Assembly (NCBI RefSeq): GCF_009914755.1 | Contig: NC_060948.1 | Reading direction: 5' to 3' (one strand) | Length of the DNA stretch: 64,000 nt | From: the human T2T-CHM13v2.0 reference genome, Homo sapiens | Shown here: positions 1-18,748 of the stretch, piece after piece | How positions within the stretch are numbered: the first letter of the stretch is position 1 | Layout: every line of letters begins with the position of its first letter | The notes under the pieces: generated by a model | Databases searched by the model: none | What the model was told of the DNA's origin: nothing | The model's input: the letters and a program-made list of their open reading frames with translations, nothing else | Program-made: the position numbers and the translations under genes

Positions 1-1525
1 GTATCAAATATATAATATATATAACCTATGTATAATATTGTTTTACATCCTGCATCTTATATTATATATATTGTCTAAAATATAATAATTGATAATATAT
101 AAGTTTTATATTTATACAATATGACATATAGTATATATTTTAATTTATGACATATATAATATATGTTATATATCATATATAGAATATATTATACGGTTAA
201 TATACGTATTAAATATAAATTATACATTATATATATGATATATAATATATCTGTTATATATAATACCCATTATGCATAATATGTATATTATGTCTATGTT
301 ATATATAGTATAAAACAACATATAATAATATATAATTGTATATATAAAATGCGACATATAATATATATTATATTTTATGACATATGTAATATATATTATA
401 TATTATATATAATACGTTGTATGTATAATACCTATATTAAATATATATTATATGACTATGTTATTAATTACATGTCACATGTGTTATATATCATATATTT
501 TACATAGAATATACCGGTTACATACAATATATACTATGTTACCTATAATGTATAATTGATTACATGTAAAATAAAGAATGCAATATATTATGTATAATTT
601 ATAATATACAATATGTGGAATGTGATATATATAACATATAATATATGATATATGATATACAGTATATGATATATAACATACAATATATGATACCTAGTAT
701 ATATGGTATACAATATATATTTTATGATATGTATTCTATATGTTTTATATTCTGTTATATATAACTATTTGAAATTATATATAACTGTATAATATTTTAT
801 GTAAATATGTAATATAATATATATAACTATATAATATATTATATATAACTATATATTATGTTATATATACTTTTATATCATAATTTACATAAAATGTCAT
901 AATATAATATATATTATATTATTTCATATTACATAATATATATTACATATCACCCAATATAAGTAACATACATAATATTATAATATAGATTATATTATGT
1001 TATGTTAGATATCATATATATCATGTATCATATATTCTATAATATATATTATACATTATATAATATGTATGTTGTCTATTATGTGATATATATAACTATA
1101 TATTATTATATTATTATACATATAACTAGATAAACATGTAATTCTACATATTTTCATTTATAATATATAGAATTATATAATCATATATAATTATTTATAT
1201 TCTATAAAAAATTATATCATTATATAATTTATAATATAAAAAAATTATAATATGTACTACAAATATATATATTATATATCATATATGATATAGTACCTTT
1301 GTTATATATCATAATACATATAAATGTGTATTATGCTATCTATAATTATATAATTTCATATATAAGATGTATAATATGTATTATATATTGTATATGTTAT
1401 GTAATATATATAGTATATATAAGCTGACACAGGATAAATATTATATACTATGACATATAAAATATATGAGGTTATATGTTACATATAAGGCATAGCACAT
1501 AACATGTAATATATATCATATATAA
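1..1525. repeat. AT-rich low-complexity block of the first (slightly 5'-truncated) monomer
   Basis: Degenerate (TA)n/(TATAA)n sequence with sparse G/C, collinear with the block in every other monomer. Confidence 0.9.
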
Positions 1526-1817
1526 TTTTTTTTTAGACAGAGTCTTGTCGTGTTGCACAGGGTGAAGTACAATGGCGCCATCTTTGCTCACTGCAACATC
1601 TGCCTCACGGGTCCAAGCGATTGTCCTCCCTCAACCTCTCAGGTAGCTGGGAGTACACCATACTGGGACTACACCAGCTGCCACCATGCCTAGCTAATTT
1701 TTTGGATTTTTCGTAGTGACAGCGTTTCACTGTATTGGCCAGGATGGTCTTGATCTCTTCACCTTGTGATCCCCTTGCCTTGGCCTCCAAATTTGCTGGG
1801 ATTACAGGCCTGAGCCA
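1526..1817 (-). mobile_element. Diverged Alu, copy 1 (subtype B alleles)
   Basis: T9 tail, then antisense Alu: GCTCACTGCAAC, GTAGCTGGGA, CTAATTTTTTG, CCAGGATGGTCT, GCTGGGATTACAGGC, TGAGCCA. About 12 nt of the Alu 5' end are missing and most CpGs have decayed. Confidence 0.95.
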
Positions 1818-2386
1818 AGATCCATATTTTTTAAATGAAAAAAAATTTCAAAGGTACTCTGCTTGGTACAATAATCAAATGTATAAACTGAGGAATAAAA
1901 CATAACCATGAAACCTACTTATAACTGCATATGGAAAATACAGAGGATAATTTTTTAAATAACATATTTTGAAAGCCTTAACTAGTAATTTGAAGATTTG
2001 GCATTTGAAAGGCCAGTATGAATATACCTTCAAAGCAGCAACACAGGTTCCCCATGAGAAACAGCAAACTCAGGGAAAATAAAACCACAAAGGTTCAAGC
2101 TCTTCTGACCTTTGAAAGACACAGCACAGACAGTGGTCCTTAGGACGAAGAGCAGGAGACCCCTAATTCCGTCACCATGGCGATAGGGCATAAACATTGC
2201 TGGGTGAGGGCACAATCCACATTGTGAGGTCCAACTGCTGCCAGGAAGACAGGAGTGCTTTTACATAGACCGAAAGGTCATTGAAGGCTCAGAGTTTTGT
2301 TTCAAGAACTGAATCCCAAGCCCACACGTTATTAGGCTGCGCTTCTTAAAACAAGTTATGAGATGGGAAAAAGGGCACCCACAAAC
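1818..2386. repeat. HSATI-type GC-richer segment (~570 bp), representative copy 1 of 25
   Basis: Non-Alu, non-simple sequence from AGATCCATATTTTTTAAATG to GGGCACCCACAAAC. Other copies start at about 4236, 6655, 9075, 11495, 13915, 16331, 18749, 21163, 23583, 26002, 28421, 30841, 33261, 35686, 38106, 40519, 42932, 46780, 50626, 53039, 55452, 57872, 60292 and 62712. It is absent after the Alus ending at 45355 and 49203. The name comes from the known DYZ2 composition, not from an alignment. Confidence 0.8.
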
Positions 2387-4235
<1,849 letters not shown>

Positions 4236-6339
4236 AGATCCATATTTTTTAAATGAAAAAAAATTTCAAAGGTACTCTGCTTGGTACAATAATCAAATGT
4301 ATAAACTGAGGAATAAAACATAACCATGAAACCTACTTATAACTGCATATGGAAAATACAGAGGATAATTTTTTAAATAACATATTTTGAAAGCCTTAAC
4401 TAGTAATTTGAAGAGTTGGCATTTGAAAGGCCAGTATGAATATACCTTCAAAGCAGCAACACAGGTTCCCCATGAGAAAAAGCAAACACAGGGAAAATAA
4501 AAACACAAAGGTTCAATCTCTTCTGACCTTTGAAAGACACAGCACAGACAGTGGTCCTTAGGACGAAGAGCAGGAGACCCCTAATTCCGTCACCATGGCG
4601 ATAGGGCATAAACATTGCTGGGTGAGGGCACAATCCACATTGAGAGGTCCAACTGCTGCCAGGAAGACAGGAGTGCTTTTACATAGACCGAAAGGTCATT
4701 GAAGGCTCAGAGTTTTGTTTCAAGAACTGAATCCCTAGCCCACATGTTATTAGGCTGCGCTTCTTAAAACAAGTTATGAGATGGGAAAAAGGGCACCCAC
4801 AAACATACGTATACATTATGTATATAATAATATACAGTATCATATATATAATATATATAACCTATGTATAATATTGTTTTACATCCTGCATCTTATGTTA
4901 TATATATTGTATAAAATATAATAATTGATAATATATAAGTTTTATATTTATACAATATGACATATAGTATATATTATAATTTATGACATATATAATATAT
5001 GTTATATATCATATATAGAATATATTATACGGTTAATATACGTATTAAATATAAATTATACATTATATATATTATATATAATATATCTGTTATATATAAT
5101 ACCCATTATGCATAATATATATATTATGTCTATGTTATATATAGTAAAAAACAACATATAATAATATATAATTGTATATATAAAATGCGACATATAATAT
5201 ATATTATATTTTATAACATATGTAATATATATTATATATTATATATAATACGTTGTATGTATAATACCTATATTAAATATATATTATATGACTATGTTAT
5301 TAATTACATGTCACATGTGTTATATATTATATATTTTACATAGAATATACCGGTTACATACAATATATACTATGTTACTATAATGTATAATTTATTACAT
5401 GTAAAATAAAGAATGCAATATATTATGTATAATTTATAATATACCATATGTGGAATGTGATATATATAACATATAATATATGATATATGATATACAGTAT
5501 ATGATATATAACATACAATATATGATTCCTAATATATATGGTATACAATATATATTTTATGATATGTATTCTATATGTTTTATATTCTGTTATATATAAC
5601 TATTTGAAATTATATATAACTGTATAATATTTTATGTAAATATGTAATATAATATATATAACTATATAATATACTATATATAACTATATATTATGTTATA
5701 TATACTTTTATAACATAATTTACATAAAATATCGTAACATAATATATATTATATTATTTCATATTACATAATATATATTACATATCACCCAATATAACTA
5801 ACATACATAATATTATAATATAGATTATATTATGTTATCTTAAATATCATATATATCATGTATCATATATTCTATAATATATATTACACATTATATAATA
5901 TGTATGTTGTCTATTATGTGATATATATAACTATATATATAATTATATTTTTATACATATAACTAGATAAACATGTAATTCTACATATTTTCATTTATAA
6001 TATGTAGAATTATATAATCATATATAATTATTTATATTCTATAAAAAATTTTATCATTATATAAATTATAATATATAAAAATTATAATATGTACTACAAA
6101 TATATATATTATATATCATATATGCTATAGTACCTTTGTTATATATCATAATACATATAAATGTGTATTATGTTATCTATAATTATATAATTTCATATAT
6201 AAGTTGTATAATATGTATCATATATTATATATGTTATGTAATATATATAGTATATATAAGATGACACAGGATAAATATTATATACTATGACATATAAAAT
6301 ATATGAGGTTATATGTTACATATAAGGCATAGCACATAA

Positions 6340-6654
<315 letters not shown>

Positions 6655-8782
6655 AGATCCATATTCTTTAAATGAAAAAAAATTTCAAAGGTACTCTGCT
6701 TGGTACAATAATCAAATGTATAAACTGAGGAATAAAACATAACCATGAAACCTACTTATAACTGCATATGGAAAATACAGAGGATAATTTTTTAAATAAC
6801 ATATTTTGAAAGCCTTAACTAGTAATTTGAAGAGCTGGCATTTGAAAGGCCAGTATGAATATACCTTCAAAGCAGCAACACAGGTTCCCCATGAGAAAAA
6901 GCAAACAGAGGGAAAATAAAAACACAAAGGTTCAATCTCTTCTGACCTTTGAAAGACACAGCACAGACAGTGGTCCTTAGGACGAAGAGCAGGAGACCCC
7001 TAATTCCGTCACCATGGCGATAGGGCATAAACATTGCTGGGTGAGGGCACAATCCACATTGTGAGGTCCAACTGCTGCCAGGAAGACAGGAGTGCTTTTA
7101 CATAGACCGAAAGGTCATTGAAGGCTCAGAGTTTTGTTTCAAGAACTGAATCCCAAGCCCACACGTTATTAGGCTGCGCTTCTTTAAACAAGTTATGAGA
7201 TGGGAAAAAGGGCACCCACAAACATACGTATACATTATGTATATAATAATATACAGTATCATATATATAATATATATAACCTATGTATAATATTGTTTTA
7301 CATCCTGCATCTTATGTTATATATATTGTATAAAATATAATAATTGATAATATATAAGTTTTATAATTATACAATATGACATATAGTATATATTATAATT
7401 TATGACATATATAATATATGTTATATATCATATATAGAATATATTATACGGTTAATATACGTATTAAATATAAATTATACATTATATATATTATATATAA
7501 TATATCTGTTATATATAATACCCATTATGCATAATATATATATTATGTCTATGTTATATATAGTATAAAACAACATATAATAATATATAATTGTATATAT
7601 AAAATGCGACATATAATATATATTATATTTTATGACATATGTAATATATATTATATATTATATATAATACGTTGTATGTATAATACCTATATTAAATATA
7701 TATTATATGACTATGTTATAAATTACATGTCACATGTGTTATATATTATTTATTTTACATAGAATATACCGGTTACATACAATATATACTATGTTACCTA
7801 TAATGTATAATTTATTACATGTAAAATAAAGAATGCAATATATTATGTATAATTTATAATATACCATATGTGGAATGTGATATATATAACATATAATATA
7901 TGATATATGATATACAGTTTATGATATATAACATACAATATATGATTCCTAATATATATGGTATACAATATATATTTTATGATATGTATTCTATATGTTT
8001 TATATTCTGTTATATATAACTATTTGAAATTATATATAACTGTATAATATTTTATGTAAATATGTAATATAATATATATAACTATATAATATATTATATA
8101 TAACTATATATTATATTATATATACTTTTATAACATAATTTACATAAAATATCATAATATAATATATATTATATTATTTCATATTACATAATACATATTA
8201 CATATCACCCAATATAACTAACATACATAATATTATAATATAGATTATATTATGTTATATTAAATATCATATATATCATGTATCATATATTCTATAATAT
8301 ATATTACACATTATATAATATGTATGTTGTCTATTATGTGATATATATAACTATATATATAATTATATTTTTATACATATAACTAGATAAACCTGTAATT
8401 CTACATAATTTCATTTATAATATGTAGAATTATATAATCATATATAATTATTTATATTCTATAAAAAATTTTATCATTATATAAATTATAATATATAAAA
8501 ATTATAATATGTACTACAAATATATATATTATATATCATATATGATATAGTACCTTTGTTATATATCATAATACATATAAATGTGTATTATGTTATCTAT
8601 AATTATATAATTTCATATATAAGATGTATAATATGTATCATATATTATATATGTTATGTAATATATATTGTATATATAAGATGACACAGGATAAATATTA
8701 TATACTATGACATATAAAATATATGAGGTTATATGTTACATATAAGGCATAGCACATAACATGTAATATATATCATATATAA

Positions 8783-9074
8783 TTTTTTTTTATACAGAAT
8801 CTTTTCCTGTTGCACAGGGTGGGGTACAATGGCGCCATCTTTGCTCACTGCAACTTCTGCCTCACGGGTCCAAGCGATTGTCCTCCCTGAGCCTCCCAGG
8901 TAGCTGGGACTACACCACACTGGGACTACACCAGCTGCCACCATGCCTAGCTAATTTTTTGGATTTTTAGTAGTGACAGCGTTTCACTGTATTGGCCAGG
9001 ATGGTCTTGATCTCTTCACCTTGTGATCCCCTTGCCTTGGCCTCCAAAATTGCTGGGATTACAGGCCTGAGCCA
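8783..9074 (-). mobile_element. Diverged Alu, copy 4
   Basis: Same antisense Alu motifs; carries the CTTTTCCTG variant. Confidence 0.95.
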
Positions 9075-11179
9075 AGATCCATATTTTTTAAATGAAAAAA
9101 AATTTCAAAGGTACTCTGCTTGGTACAATAATCAAATGTATAAACTGAGGAATAAAACATAACCATGAAACCTACTTATAACTGCATATGGAAAATACAG
9201 AGGATAATTTTTTAAATAACATATTTTGAAAGCCTTAACTAGTAATTTGAAGAGTTGGCATTTGAAAGGCCAGTATGAATATACCTTCAAAGCAGCAACA
9301 CAGGTTCCCCATGAGAAAAAGCAAACACAGGGAAAATAAAAACACAAAGGTTCAATCTCTTCTGACCTTTGAAAGACACAGCACAGACAGTGGTCCTTAG
9401 GACGAAGAGCAGGAGACCCCTAATTCCGTCACCATGGCGATAGGGCATAAACATTGCTGGGTGAGGGCACAATCCACATTGTGAGGTCCAACTGCTGCCA
9501 GGAAGACAGGAGTGCTTTTACATAGACCGAAAGGTCATTGAAGGCTCAGAGTTTTGTTTCAAGAACTGAATCCCAAGCCCACACGTTATTAGGCTGCGCT
9601 TCTTTAAACAAGTTATGAGATGGGAAAAAGGGCACCCACAAACATACGTATACATTATGTATATAATAATATACAGTATCATATATATAATATATATAAC
9701 CTATGTATAATATTGTTTTACATCCTGCATCTTATGTTATATATATTGTATAAAATATAATAATTGATAATATATAAGTTTTATAATTATACAATATGAC
9801 ATATAGTATATATTATAATTTATGACATATATAATATATGTTATATGTCATATATAGAATATATTATACGGTTAATATACGTATTAAATATAAATTATAC
9901 ATTCTATATATTATATATAATATATCTGTTATATATAATACCCATTATGCATAATATATATATTATGTCTATGTTATATATAGTATAAAACAACATATAA
10001 TAATATATAATTGTATATATAAAATGCGACATATAATATATATTATATTTTATAACATGTGAAATATATATTATATATTATATATAATACGTTGTATGTA
10101 TAATACCTATATTAAATATATATTATATGACTATGTTATTAATTACATGTCACATGTGTTATATATTATATATTTTACATAGAATATACCGGTTACATAC
10201 AATATATACTATGTTACCTATAATGTATTATTTATTACATGTAAAATAAAGAATGCAATATATTATGTATAATTTATAATATACCATATGTGGAATGTCA
10301 TATATATAACATATAATATATGATATATGATATACAGTATATGATATATAACATACAATATATGATTCCTAATACATATGGTATACAATATATATTTTAT
10401 GATATGTATTCTATATGTTTTATATTCTGTTATATATAACTATTTGAAATTATATATAACTGTATAATATTTTATGTAAATATGTAATATAATATATATA
10501 ACTATATAATATATTATATATAACTATATATTATGTTATATATACTTTTATAACATAATTTACATAAAATATCATAATATAATATATATTATATTATTTC
10601 ATATTACATAATATATATTACATTTCACCCAATATAACTAACATACATAATATTATAATATAGATTATATTATGTTATATTAAATATCATATATATCATG
10701 TATCATATATTCTATAATATATATTACACATTATATAATATGTATGTTGTCTATTATGTGATATATATAACTCTATATATAATTATATTTTTATACATAT
10801 AACTAGATAAACATGTAATTCTACATATTTTCATTTATAATATGTAGAATTATATAATCATATATAATTATTTATATTCTATAAAAAATTTTATCATTAT
10901 ATAAATTATAATATATAAAAATTATAATATGTACTACAAATATATATATTATATATCATATATGATATAGTACCTTTGTTATATATCATAATACATATAA
11001 ATGTGTATTATGTTATCTATAATTATATAATTTCATATATAAGATGTATAATATGTATCATATATTATATATGTTATGTAATATATGTAGTATATATAAG
11101 ATGACACAGGATAAATATTATATACTATGACATATAAAATATATCAGGTTATATGTTACATATAAGGCATAGCACATAA

Positions 11180-11494
<315 letters not shown>

Positions 11495-13599
11495 AGATCC
11501 ATATTTTTTAAATGAAAAAAAATTTCAAAGGTACTCTGCTTGGTACAATAATCAAATGTATAAACTGAGGAATAAAACATAACCATGAAACCTACTTATA
11601 ACTGCATATGGAAAATACAGAGGATAATTTTTTAAATAACATATTTTGAAAGCCTTAACTAGTAATTTGAAGAGCTGGCATTTGAAAGGCCAGTATGAAT
11701 ATACCTTCAAAGCAGCAACACAGGTTCCCCATGAGAAAAAGCAAACACAGGGAAAATAAAAACACAAAGGTTCAATCTCTTCTGACCTTTGAAAGTCACA
11801 GCACAGACAGTGGTCCTTAGGACGAAGAGCAGGAGACCCCTAATTCCGTCACCATGGCGATAGGGCATAAACATTGCTGGGTGAGGGCACAATCCACATT
11901 GTGAGGTCCAACTGCTGCCAGGAAGACAGGAGTGCTTTTACATAGACCGAAAGGTCATTGAAGGCTCAGAGTTTTGTTTCAAGAACTGAATCCCAAGCCC
12001 ACACGTTATTAGGCTGCGCTTCTTAAAACAAGTTATGAGATGGGAAAAAGGGCACCCACAAACATACGTATACATTATGTATATAATAATATACAGTATC
12101 ATATATATAATATATATAACCTATGTATAATATTGTTTTACATCCTGCATCTTATGTTATATATATTGTATAAAATATAATAATTGATAATATATAAGTT
12201 TTATAATTATACAATATGACATATAGTATATATTATAATTTATGACATATATAATATATGTTATATGTCATATATAGAATATATTATACGGTTAATATAC
12301 GTATTAAATATAAATTATACATTCTATATATTGTATATAATATATCTGTTATATATAATAGCCATTATGCATAATATATATATTCTGTCTATGTTATATA
12401 TAGTATAAAACAACATATAATAATATATAATTGTATATATAAAATGCGACATATAATATATATTATATTTTATAACATATGAAATATATATTATATATTA
12501 TATATAATACGTTGTATGTATAATACCTATATTAAGTATATATTATATGACTATGTTATTAATTACATGTCACATGTGTTATATATTATATATTTTACAT
12601 AGAATATACCGGTTACATACAATATATACTATGTTACCTATAATGTATAATTTATTACATGTAAAATAAAGAATGGAATATATTATGTATAATTTATAAT
12701 ATGCCATATGTGGAATGTGATATATATAACATATAATATATGATATATGATATACAGTATATAATATATAACATACAATATATGATTCCTAAAATATATG
12801 GTATACAATATATATTTTATGATATGTATTCTATATGTTTTATATTCTGTTATATATAACTATTTGAAATTATATATAACTGTATAATATTTTATGTAAA
12901 TATGTAATATAATATATATAACTATATAATATATTATATATAACTATATATTATGTTATATATACTTTTATAACATAATTTACATAAAATATCATAATAT
13001 AATATATATTATATTATTTCATATTACATAATATATATTACATATCACCCAATATAACTAACATACATAATATTATAATATAGATTATATTGTGTTATAT
13101 TAAATATCATATATATCATGTATCATATATTCTATAATATATATTACACATTATATAATATGTATGTTGTCTATTATGTGATATATATAACTCTATATAT
13201 AATTATATTTTTATACATATAACTAGATAAACATGTAATTCTACATATTTTCATTTATAATATGTAGAATTATATAATCATATATAATTATTTATATTCT
13301 ATAAAAAATTTTATCATTATATAAATTATAATATATAAAAATTATAATATGTACTACAAATATATATATTATATATCATATATGATATAGTACCTTTGTT
13401 ATATATCATAATACATATAAATGTGTATTATGTTATCTATAATTATATAATTTCATATATAAGATGTATAATATGTATCATATATTATATATGTTATGTA
13501 ATATATATAGTATATATAAGATGACACAGGATAAATATTATATACTATGACATATAAAATATATGAGGTTATATGTTACATATAAGGCATAGCACATAA

Positions 13600-13914
<315 letters not shown>

Positions 13915-16038
13915 AGATCCATATTTTTTAAATGAAAAAAAATTTCAAAGGTACTCTGCTTGGTACAATAATCAAATGTATAAACTGAGGAATAAAACAT
14001 AACCATGAAACCTACTTATAACTGCATATGGAAAATACAGAGGATAATTTTTTAAATAACATATTTTGAAAGCCTTAACTAGTAATTTGAAGAGTTGGCA
14101 TTTGAAAGGCCAGTATGAATATACCTTCAAAGCAGCAACACAGGTTCCCCATGAGAAAAAGCAAACACAGGGAAAATAAAAACACAAAGGTTCAATCTCT
14201 TCTGACCTTTGAAAGACACAGCACAGACAGTGGTCCTTAGGACGAAGAGCAGGAGACCCCTAATTCCGTCACCATGGCGATAGGGCATAAACATTGCTGG
14301 GTGAGGGCACAATCCACATTGAGAGGTCCAACTGCTGCCAGGAAGACAGGAGTGCTTTTACATAGACCGAAAGGTCATTGAAGGCTCAGAGTTTTGTTTC
14401 AAGAACTGAATCCCTAGCCCACATGTTATTAGGCTGCGCTTCTTAAAACAAGTTATGAGATGGGAAAAAGGGCACCCACAAACATACGTATACATTATGT
14501 ATATAATAATATACAGTATCATATATATAATATATATAACCTATGTATAATATTGTTTTACATCCTGCATCTTATGTTATATATATTGTATAAAATATAA
14601 TAATTGATAATATATAAGTTTTATATTTATACAATATGACATATAGTATATATTATAATTTATGACATATATAATATATGTTATATATCATATATAGAAT
14701 ATATTATACGGTTAATATACGTATTAAATATAAATTATACATTATATATATTATATATAATATATCTGTTATATATAATACCCATTATGCATAATATATA
14801 TATTATGTCTATGTTATATATAGTAAAAAACAACATATAATAATATATAATTGTATATATAAAATGCGACATATAATATATATTATATTTTATAACATAT
14901 GTAATATATATTATATATTATATATAATACGTTGTATGTATAATACCTATATTAAATATATATTATATGACTATGTTATTAATTACATGTCACATGTGTT
15001 ATATATTATATATTTTACATAGAATATACCGGTTACATACAATATATACTATGTTACTATAATGTATAATTTATTACATGTAAAATAAAGAATGCAATAT
15101 ATTATGTATAATTTATAATATACAATATGTGGAATGTGATATATATAACATATAATATATGATATATGATATACAGTATATGATATATAACATACAATAT
15201 ATGATACCTAGTATATATGGTATACAATATATATTTTATGATATGTATTCTATATGTTTTATATTCTGTTATATATAACTATTTGAAATTATATATAACT
15301 GTATAATATTTTATGTAAATATGTAATATAATATATATAACTATATAATATATTATATATAACTATATATTATGTTATATATACTTTTATATCATAATTT
15401 ACATAAAATGTCGTAATATAATATATATTATATTATTTCATATTACATAATATATATTACATATCACCCAATATAAGTAACATACATAATATTATAATAT
15501 AGATTATATTATGTTATGTTAAATATCATATATATCATGTATCATATATTCTATAATATATATTATACATTATATAATATGTATGTTGTCTATTATGTGA
15601 TATATATAACTATATATTATTATATTATTATACATATAACTAGATAAACATGTAATTCTACATATTTTCATTTATAATATATAGAATTATATAATCATAT
15701 ATAATTATTTATATTCTATAAAAAATTATATCATTATATAAATTATAATATAAAAAATTATAATATGTACTACAAATATATATATTATATATCATATATG
15801 ATATAGTACCTTTGTTATATATCATAATACATATAAATGTGTATTATGTTATCTATAATTATATAATTTCATATATAAGATGTATAATATGTATTATATA
15901 TTGTATATGTTATGTAATATATATAGTATGTATAAGCTGACATAGGATAAATATTATATACTATGACATATAAAATATATGAGGTTATATGTTACATATA
16001 AGGCATAGCACATAACATGTAATATATATCATATATAA

Positions 16039-16330
16039 TTTTTTTTTAGACAGAGTCTTGTCGTGTTGCACAGGGTGAAGTACAATGGCGCCATCTTTGC
16101 TCACTGCAACATCTGCCTCACGGGTCCAAGCGATTGTCCTCACTCAACCTCTCAGGTAGCTGGGAGTACACCACACTGGGACTACACCAGCTGCCACCAT
16201 GCCTAGCTAATTTTTTGGATTTTTAGTAGTGACAGCCTTTCACTGTATTGGCCAGGATGGTCTTGATCTCTTCACCTTGTGATCCCCTTGCCTTGGCCTC
16301 CAAAATTGCTGGGATTACAGGCCTGAGCCA
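16039..16330 (-). mobile_element. Diverged Alu, copy 7 (subtype B)
   Basis: Antisense Alu with GAGTCTTGTCGTG and GGTGAAG alleles. Confidence 0.95.
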
Positions 16331-18456
16331 AGATCCATATTTTTTAAATGAAAAAAAATTTCAAAGGTACTCTGCTTGGTACAATAATCAAATGTATAAA
16401 CTGAGGAATAAAACATAACCATGAAACCTACTTATAACTGCATATGGAAAATACAGAGGATAATTTTTTAAATAACATATTTTGAAAGCCTTAACTAGTA
16501 ATTTGAAGAGTTGGCATTTGAAAGGCCAGTATGAATATACCTTCAAAGCAGCAACACAGGTTCCCCATGAGAAACAGCAAACTCAGGGAAAATAAAACCA
16601 CAAAGGTTCAAGCTCTTCTGACCTTTGAAAGACACAGCACAGACAGTGGTCCTTAGGACGAAGAGCAGGAGACCCCTAATTCCGTCACCATGGCGATAGG
16701 GCATAAACATTGCTGGGTGAGGGCACAATCCACATTGTGAGGTCCAACTGCTGCCAGGAAGACAGGAGTGCTTTTACATAGACCGAAAGGTCATTGAAGG
16801 CTCAGAGTTTTGTTTCAAGAACTGAATCCCAAGCCCACACTTTATTAGGCTGCGCTTCTTAAAACAAGTTATGAGATGGGAAAAAGGGCACCCACAAACA
16901 TACGTATACATTATGTATATAATAATATACAGTATCAAATATATAATATATATAACCTATGTATAATATTGTTTTACATCCTGCATCTTATATTATATAT
17001 ATTGTCTAAAATATAATAATTGATAATATATAAGTTTTATATTTATACAATATGACATATAGTATATATTTTAATTTATGACATATATAATATATGTTAT
17101 ATATCATATATAGAATATATTATACGGTTAATATACGTATTAAATATAAATTATACATTATATATATGATATATAATATATCTGTTATATATAATACCCA
17201 TTATGCATAATATGTATATTATGTCTATGTTATATATAGTATAAAACAACATATAATAATATATAATTGTATATATAAAATGCGACATATAATATATATT
17301 ATATTTTATGACATATGTAATATATATTATATATTATATATAATACGTTGTATGTATAATACCTATATTAAATATATATTATATGACTATGTTATTAATT
17401 ACATGTCACATGTGTTATATATCATATATTTTACATAGAATATACCGGTTACATACAATATATACTATGTTACCTATAATGTATAATTGATTACATGTAA
17501 AATAAAGAATGCAATATATTATGTATAATTTATAATATACAATATGTGGAATGTGATATATATAACATATAATATATGATATATGATATACAGTATATGA
17601 TATATAACATACAATATATGATACCTAGTATATATGGTATACAATATATATTTTATGATATGTATTCTATATGTTTTATATTCTGTTATATATAACTAAT
17701 TGAAATTATATATAACTGTATAATATTTTATGTAAATATGTAATATAATATATATAACTATATAATATATTATATATAACTATATATTATGTTATATATA
17801 CTTTTATATCATAATTTACATAAAATGTCATAATATAATATATATTATATTATTTCATATTACATAATATATATTACATATCACACAATATAAGTAACAT
17901 ACATAATATTATAATATAGATTATATTATGTTATGTTAGATATCATATATATCATGTATCATATATTCTATAATATATATTATACATTATATAATATGTA
18001 TGTTGTCTATTATGTGATATATATAACTATATATTATTATATTATTATACATATAACTAGATAAACATGTAATTCTACATATTTTCATTTATAATATATA
18101 GAATTATATAATCATATATAATTATTTATATTCTATAAAAAATTATATCATTATATAAATTATAATATAAAAAAATTATAATATGTACTACAAATATATA
18201 TATTATATATCATATATGATATAGTACCTTTGTTATATATCATAATACATATAAATGTGTATTATGCTATCTATAATTATATAATTTCATATATAAGATG
18301 TATAATATGTATTATATATTGTATATGTTATGTAATATATATAGTATATATAAGCTGACACAGGATAAATATTATATACTATGACATATAAAGTATATGA
18401 GGTTATATGTTACATATAAGGCATAGCACATAACATGTAATATATATCATATATAA

Positions 18457-18748
18457 TTTTTTTTTAGACAGAGTCTTGTCGTGTTGCACAGGGTGAAGTA
18501 CAATGGCGCCATCTTTGCTCACTGCAACATCTGCCTCACGGGTCCAAGCGATTGTCCTCCCTCAACCTCTCAGGTAGCTGGGAGTACACCACACTGGGAC
18601 TACACCAGCTGCCACCATGCCTAGCTAATTTTTTGGATTTTTCGTAGTGACAGCGTTTCACTGTATTGGCCAGGATGGTCTTGATCTCTTCACCTTGTGA
18701 TCCCCTTGCCTTGGCCTCCAAATTTGCTGGGATTACAGGCCTGAGCCA
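18457..18748 (-). mobile_element. Diverged Alu, copy 8 (subtype B)
   Basis: Antisense Alu, nearly identical to copy 1 (TTCGTAG allele). Confidence 0.95.

Noticed and set aside
1-1525. AT-rich organism or organelle DNA (e.g. Plasmodium, mitochondrial control region), or TATA/polyA regulatory signals
   Set aside because: The embedded primate Alu and DYZ2 architecture explain the composition. TATAAA and AATAAA motifs are expected by chance at this AT content.
1605-1790. Alu-derived ORFs (1605-1790, 8729-8944, 18536-18721)
   Set aside because: These are translations of Alu sequence opened by chance loss of a stop codon in individual copies.
1526-1817. Active Alu / Pol III (7SL-like) RNA gene or independent retrotransposition events
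   Set aside because: The 5' end is truncated, the B-box region has decayed (GATCAAGAC), the tail is only 9 nt, no target-site duplication is evident, and flanks are identical in all copies. Transcription cannot be excluded from sequence but nothing here supports it.
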